From NCBI GenBank assembly GCA_964644695.1, contig CAZXWN010000002.1, positions 186,001 to 250,000 of the forward strand: 64,000 nucleotides of DNA, read 5' to 3'. The position numbers were made by a program, and so were the translations under genes. The DNA is from an uncultured bacterium (GTDB taxonomy: Bacteria; UBP4; UBA4092). Shown in pieces: positions 59,018-64,000 of the stretch; within the stretch, counting starts at the first letter, position 1, and every line of letters begins with the position of its first letter. The notes beneath the pieces were generated by a model, which was not told the origin of the DNA, did not search any database, and saw only the letters and a list, made by a program, of their open reading frames with translations.

Positions 59018-59611
59018 CTATGGGCCAGAAACGATGATATTACCTCTACTGATAGTTCCATTGGTTGGATCGTACATCCAACGATATGGAACATCAACTT
59101 CAGCAGCACCACCAGTACCATCTTCCATAGCGATATTTTGTGCCTGAACGCGGTCTGGACCACGACTCATCAAGCACCATTTAGTTCTTTCGCTAGAAGT
59201 TCCACCACTCGGGTCAACTGCCCATGGATTAGCGGATAATCCCCACAATGTATATTTTCTTTCAAAATAATCCCAAGTGGAATACCAGTATGTTGAACCA
59301 CGACTGTAAACATCGGTAGCCGGGCTAGGTCCAAATGGATCGAGAGGAATGGAGGAAATATAAGCAATTGGGGTGGACAGTGTAATCGGTAACGAATAAC
59401 CTAATCCAGCTATTGCTACGATTTCTGGATAAGCTGTATTGTCTACATAGTATGATTCCACTGCAGTTTGCACTGTCCTCATATCAGCTTTGGTTCGGGA
59501 TACTTTAGAGCGGACTTGAGCGGCCAGAAAATTAGGAATGGCAATAGCTGCCAAAATAGCAATAATTGCTACGACAATTAAAAGTTCGATAAGGGTAAAG
59601 CCTTTTTTCAT
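59018..59611 (-). CDS. Pilin/pseudopilin paralogue 4
   Basis: MKKG|FTLIELL; YDPTNGTISRGNI. Confidence 0.9.
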   Translation of the reverse strand: MKKGFTLIELLIVVAIIAILAAIAIPNFLAAQVRSKVSRTKADMRTVQTAVESYYVDNTAYPEIVAIAGLGYSLPITLSTPIAYISSIPLDPFGPSPATDVYSRGSTYWYSTWDYFERKYTLWGLSANPWAVDPSGGTSSERTKWCLMSRGPDRVQAQNIAMEDGTGGAAEVDVPYRWMYDPTNGTISRGNIIVSGP

Positions 59612-59673
59612 TTATAGTTCACCTGCCTTTCTTAATCAGAATATTATTCTATCCATGAAAAATATCACAAAAG

Positions 59674-59689
59674 TAGACACCCGTGTGAA
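59674..59689 (-). promoter_or_regulatory. Conserved upstream motif of pilin 4
   Basis: TAGACACCCGTGTGAA, with TATCACAA just to its left as at 57530. Confidence 0.6.
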
Positions 59690-59777
59690 AAATTTAATAT
59701 AAAAACGATTTATTTGAGATAGAACCGAAATATAGTTTAAAAATGACGGGATTGATGGTTTAAGCTAATATATTGAT

Positions 59778-60752
59778 ATGAAAAAGGTTTTAATATTCGG
59801 CTCTGGAGCGATAGGCTCGGTGATCGGTGGTTTTTTAGCTCTAAGTGGTGAAGCTGTAACGCTTTACGGGCGTAAAGACCATATTGAGGCTATTCGTGCT
59901 GATGGACTTCAGATCAAAGGTATCTGGGGTGACCATTGTGTGAAGAATATTAAAGCGGAACATGAAATCGGTTCGTTGCAAGGGCAGGGATACGACCTGA
60001 TTCTTTTGACTGTCCGAGCTTATGATTTGGAACAAGTCTTACCTGATGTCCAAAAAATAGCCAATGCAACGACCATCCTGGTATCCATGCAAAACGGCTT
60101 GGGAAATATTGAGAAAATAAGTCGTTTCTTTCCAAAAAATAATATCCTGGGCAGTCGAGTTATTTTTGGAGCAAAGAAAGTTAAGGCGGGGACGGTGGAA
60201 GTCACGGTGTATGCTGAGGAAGTGATGCTGGGTCCTGTGCAAGGCACCCCTGCTGATGCCTTCGAAAAATTGTACACTGTCGCCGAGGACCTTGCCGGAA
60301 GACTGTCAAAAGCTGGAGTTCCTTCTTTACCCACTTGGGAAGTGGAAAAATATATCTGGGCCAAAGTGCTTTATAATGCGGCTTTGAATCCTCTCTCAGC
60401 TCTTTTGTCTGCCACTTATGGGAACCTCTCCGATAATCCTCATACTCGAGCGATGATGAAAGAAATTATCCAGGAAATTTTTTCAGTCGCTCAGGCGAAA
60501 CAGATTCCCATGTTTTGGGACAGTCCTGATGGGTATTGGAAAAAGTTTATTGAACAGGAAGTCCCCGCAACCAAAGCGCATCGTTCTTCCATGCTGCAGG
60601 CGATTGAAGCCGGTAAGCCCGTTGAAATTGATGCGTTGAATGGTGCTGTCGTTGAAATGGCTCGGGAGATGGCTATCTCCGTCCCCGTCAATGATTTACT
60701 TGTTCGATTAATACGCGCCAAACAATATCACAGAGTCCATTTTCCAATTTAG
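59778..60752 (+). CDS. panE: 2-dehydropantoate 2-reductase
   Basis: GSGAIG, QNGLG, WAKVLYNAALNPL, SSMLQ, EIDALNG. Confidence 0.9.
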   Translation: MKKVLIFGSGAIGSVIGGFLALSGEAVTLYGRKDHIEAIRADGLQIKGIWGDHCVKNIKAEHEIGSLQGQGYDLILLTVRAYDLEQVLPDVQKIANATTILVSMQNGLGNIEKISRFFPKNNILGSRVIFGAKKVKAGTVEVTVYAEEVMLGPVQGTPADAFEKLYTVAEDLAGRLSKAGVPSLPTWEVEKYIWAKVLYNAALNPLSALLSATYGNLSDNPHTRAMMKEIIQEIFSVAQAKQIPMFWDSPDGYWKKFIEQEVPATKAHRSSMLQAIEAGKPVEIDALNGAVVEMAREMAISVPVNDLLVRLIRAKQYHRVHFPI

Positions 60753-60830
60753 AATTACTTCTTTCAGAATCCGTTATTTATCTTCCCTTCAAAATCCGTT
60801 AAAATTATATTTTTAACCAAGTGTGGACCG

Positions 60831-61940
60831 ATGACAAAATTACCTATTGCTGAATTAGCGAAAACTCATGGAACTCCTCTGTTTGTGATAAACAAGAGTC
60901 GATTGAAACACAGTGTACAGAGATTGAAACAAACGCTTCCCCGCGTAACGCCTTATTACGCCATCAAGGCAAATCCACATCCTGAGATAATTTCCTATTT
61001 TGCCCGTGAATGCCAACTGGGTTTTGATGTGGCATCTAAGGGTGAAATGGAGTTAGCTCTCAGAAATGGTGCTGACCCCAAGAAGATGATCTTTGCCAAT
61101 ACCATCAAACTTCCCGAAGCCATGCAGTTTGCCATGAGCAAAGGAATCGATTTGATGACCTTTGATGATTATCCTGAATTGGAAAAGATTGCTCATTACG
61201 CACCCGGAGCCCGGGTGATGGCCCGTATCAAGGTTCCTAATGTGGGTTCGGTCGTTGAACTTTCCATTAAGTTCGGTGCTGACCCGTCTGACGCTCTCCC
61301 CTTATTAATAAAAGCCCATCAACTAGGTTTACAACCTGAAGGCATCAGTTTTCATGTAGGTTCCCAGTGTACCCATCAAGAGAACTTCCTGGATGCCTTT
61401 GAGCTGGCATCTATTATTGTCCGCGATGCCCTGTTAAAACAAATCCCCTTGAAAATGGTTGATATCGGTGGTGGATTCCCGATCACTCATTTTGATGGAG
61501 AAGAAGACCATTTTTCTAAAATTGGGCCCTTCCTCCGGGATGAATTGGACCGCCTGTTACCATCCAATATTCAACTGATTTCTGAGCCAGGTCGATTCCT
61601 GGCAGGTCCTGCGGGGACTTTGATTATGTCCGTTATTGGAAAATCGGTTCGGGAAGGCAAGAAATGGTACTATCTCAATGATGGTGTTTATGGTGATTTA
61701 TCCGGTCAGATTTTTGACCATTGTAAATACCAGTTCCATGTCCTGAAAAAAGGGCCGACGGAAATGGTTGCATTAGCCGGTCCGACCTGTGACTCACTGG
61801 ATGTTATTTCTTACAGTGAACATCTCCCTGAACTGGAAATTGGGGATTTGGTTTATGTAGAAAATATCGGGGCATACTCATACGCCAGTGCGACGCATTT
61901 CAATTTTATTGATACGGCCAAAGCAATCGTAGTTGAATAA
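60831..61940 (+). CDS. Fold-type III PLP ornithine/lysine decarboxylase
   Basis: YYAIKANP, FDVAS..E, KFGA, SFHVGSQ, DIGGGF, EPGRF, GPTCDSLD, GAY. Confidence 0.9.
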   Translation: MTKLPIAELAKTHGTPLFVINKSRLKHSVQRLKQTLPRVTPYYAIKANPHPEIISYFARECQLGFDVASKGEMELALRNGADPKKMIFANTIKLPEAMQFAMSKGIDLMTFDDYPELEKIAHYAPGARVMARIKVPNVGSVVELSIKFGADPSDALPLLIKAHQLGLQPEGISFHVGSQCTHQENFLDAFELASIIVRDALLKQIPLKMVDIGGGFPITHFDGEEDHFSKIGPFLRDELDRLLPSNIQLISEPGRFLAGPAGTLIMSVIGKSVREGKKWYYLNDGVYGDLSGQIFDHCKYQFHVLKKGPTEMVALAGPTCDSLDVISYSEHLPELEIGDLVYVENIGAYSYASATHFNFIDTAKAIVVE

Positions 61941-62056
61941 ATTTCTCAAATGTCTTATAACCAATAAGACAGAGTATATATCCTTCGATATTCTCGTTGA
62001 TAAAATACCGATAGGATATCTCTGTCATCAGACCTAAAGATGAAGGTAGGATTGTA

Positions 62057-63280
62057 ATGAAACAAGACCCGGCAAAGAAAGGAGCCTCCTGCGCCATGAA
62101 ACGATCAAGTCTCAGACACAGTGTGAAAGATGAAACTCCCGAGTGGATGAAAAACAAGAAACATCCTCATAAGCATAAGTTTATGTCTGGCCGTGCTATT
62201 GCACCCAAGGGGATCACCGGTAAAGAGTCACTGACAAAATTGGTGAGTGAAACCTTCCTGGCCTACAATGCAGCGCGCCTGCGTGAAGCCTGTGAATTAT
62301 ATACACAGAAAATGCTTGAACCGGATGTGACAATCGGGATGTCTCTGGCAGGTGCGCTTACTCCAGCCGGTATTGGCTGTTCCTGTGTTATCCCGTTGAT
62401 TGAATCCGGTTTCGTTGACTGGATAGTCGCGACCGGTGCCAATATGTACCATGATATGCATTTCGCCTTGAATTTATTCCCGCGGGTTGGGTCATTCCAG
62501 GCTGACGATGTCTTATTACGAGAAAATGATGTCGTTCGAATTTACGACATATTCCTGGGTTATACCGATGGTTTGATGGCCACGGATGATATCCTCCGTA
62601 TGATCATTAAGCAGCCAGAATTCCAGAAGGAAATGGGCACGGCTGAGTTCTATCACCTCCTGGGAAAATACTTGAATGAATACGAAAAGAAAAATAAAGT
62701 GGGTAAAGTCTCTGTCCTGGCTGCTGCCTATCGTTCCGGTGTGCCTGTTTTTACTTCCTCCCCTGGCGATTCTACGATTGGGATGAATATGGCAGGTGTT
62801 GAGCTGGAAGGGTATAAGTGCCGAATCAATCCTTCAATTGATGTGAATGAGACCACCTCCATTGTTTTACATGCCAAACGCTCTGGTGGTAAATCTGGAG
62901 TGGTTTTGGTGGGTGGAGGTAGTCCTAAAAACTTTATGCTCCAGACAGAGCCTCAGATCCAGGAAGTTCTTCGGATCAAGGAAGTCGGACAGGATTATTT
63001 CCTTCAGTTTACGGATGCTCGGCCCGATACAGGTGGATTATCCGGAGCCACCCCCAGTGAAGCCGTATCTTGGGGTAAAGTAGATCCCAATCGTTTACCT
63101 GATGCGATTGTCTGTTACCTGGATTCTACGGTAGCTCTTCCCATCATGGTTCATTATGCCATGGAGAACCGAAAGAAACGGCCTCTGAAACGGCTCTATG
63201 AAAAACGCGAAGAGATGCTTAAAAACCTGGTGGTTGAGTATTTTGCTCATAACAAAATTACTCATCTGAGCCATAAATAA
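62057..63280 (+). CDS. speY: Deoxyhypusine-synthase-like homospermidine synthase (SpeY type); start may be 62147
   Basis: [52 protein letters not shown]. Confidence 0.8.
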   Translation: MKQDPAKKGASCAMKRSSLRHSVKDETPEWMKNKKHPHKHKFMSGRAIAPKGITGKESLTKLVSETFLAYNAARLREACELYTQKMLEPDVTIGMSLAGALTPAGIGCSCVIPLIESGFVDWIVATGANMYHDMHFALNLFPRVGSFQADDVLLRENDVVRIYDIFLGYTDGLMATDDILRMIIKQPEFQKEMGTAEFYHLLGKYLNEYEKKNKVGKVSVLAAAYRSGVPVFTSSPGDSTIGMNMAGVELEGYKCRINPSIDVNETTSIVLHAKRSGGKSGVVLVGGGSPKNFMLQTEPQIQEVLRIKEVGQDYFLQFTDARPDTGGLSGATPSEAVSWGKVDPNRLPDAIVCYLDSTVALPIMVHYAMENRKKRPLKRLYEKREEMLKNLVVEYFAHNKITHLSHK

Positions 63281-63303
63281 TCAGAGATTCAGTAAACAAC
63301 GAC

Positions 63304-63340
63304 AACCGGCAGGTTCAGTAATGAGCCTGCCGGTTTTTTT
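63304..63340 (+). terminator. Rho-independent terminator
   Basis: AACCGGCAGGTTCA-gtaa-TGAGCCTGCCGGTT plus T-run. Confidence 0.85.
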
Positions 63341-63443
63341 ATTGATTTATGAATTGTGCCGGATGTGTTGATTACCTTCTTTTAATGATGTGGGAGTATG
63401 ATAAATATGAGGAAGAAATGTTGATTTTAAGGTGTTCGTTACG

Positions 63444-63815
63444 ATGAAAGAATCATTTTACATTTTTATCGGCGGTGGATTAGGGAGTGTCAGCCGGTAT
63501 TGGTTATCCAAAGGTGTAAATAGCCTGTATCTTGGAAGTTTCCCGGCAGGAACTCTGGTCTGTAATCTGGTGGGTTGTTTTCTCATTGGATTATGGATGG
63601 TAATGATGGCGCAGCGGTTTTTGATCAATCCCTACTTACGGATGTTTTTGTGTATTGGTTTTCTGGGAGGACTGACGACATTTTCAACTTTCAGTTATGA
63701 GACATTAAGTTTGTTTGAAGGGCGCAGTTATTTATGGGCGGGATTAAATATTCTGGCCAGCCTGGTGGGTTGTTTGACGGCTGTTTACCTGGGTAGTTTG
63801 CTGGCAAAGGCTTAG
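63444..63815 (+). CDS. crcB: Fluoride channel CrcB/FluC
   Basis: GGGLGSVSRY, GTLVCNLVGC, GFLGGLTTFSTFSYE. Confidence 0.93.
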   Translation: MKESFYIFIGGGLGSVSRYWLSKGVNSLYLGSFPAGTLVCNLVGCFLIGLWMVMMAQRFLINPYLRMFLCIGFLGGLTTFSTFSYETLSLFEGRSYLWAGLNILASLVGCLTAVYLGSLLAKA

Positions 63816-63840
63816 TTTCTTCATAAGGAGGAGCAAGAAG

Positions 63841-64000
63841 ATGCATCTACAGGGCGAAGGTAAATTACTAAGGATTTTTATTGGCGAATCGGATCATCTG
63901 AAGCATGAACCCCTTTATTCCGTGATTGTGAATTTGGCACGAAAGGAAGGGCTGGCAGGAGTGACTGTTTTACGGGGACTGATGGGATATGGAGCTAACA
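63841..64000 (+). CDS. DUF190 protein, 3'-truncated by window edge (not in ORF track)
   Basis: Translated MHLQGEGKLLRIFIGESD...PLY..LAGVTVLRGLMGYG; AGGAGG RBS; usual crcB neighbour. Confidence 0.85.
   Translation, partial: MHLQGEGKLLRIFIGESDHLKHEPLYSVIVNLARKEGLAGVTVLRGLMGYGAN

Noticed and set aside
56863-59611. Pilin array as a diversity-generating retroelement or shufflon
   Set aside because: No reverse transcriptase or recombinase in the window; differences include indels and are not adenine-restricted; all copies share one orientation.
63341-63443. Fluoride riboswitch before crcB
   Set aside because: No recognisable GGCGATGG...CTGATG consensus.

Overview
64-kb chromosomal window from a diderm bacterium (TamB, futalosine menaquinone pathway, sigma-54-type promoters). 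Housekeeping genes: mqnE-mqnA-mqnC-menG, mnmG, glk, fhs, hemL, groES-groEL, panE, an ornithine decarboxylase plus DHS-like gene pair, crcB, tRNA-Ser(GGA) and tRNA-Ala(GGC). Highlights: (1) a translationally coupled 7-gene operon (44.7-52.8 kb) encoding a coiled-coil protein, a ClpB-like AAA+ ATPase with only one intact ATPase module, an NrdG-like radical SAM enzyme, a Zn-ribbon/degenerate FHA protein, a PP2C phosphatase, a membrane-anchored repeat-containing Ser/Thr kinase and a small membrane protein, which I cannot match to a named system; (2) four tandem pilin/pseudopilin paralogues with constant ends, variable cores, mosaic DNA tracts and terminators just ahead of the two inner copies, next to gspE/gspF; (3) a tandem thymidylate-kinase-like pair (intact plus degenerate P-loop) with a CHAD gene, resembling a heteromeric polyphosphate kinase; (4) a PLD nuclease fused to a DpnI-type winged helix (candidate m6A-dependent restriction enzyme); (5) three families of palindromic REP-like repeats at two intergenic hotspots; (6) a frameshifted Mut7-C gene. 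All calls come from reading motifs by eye; no searches were run.
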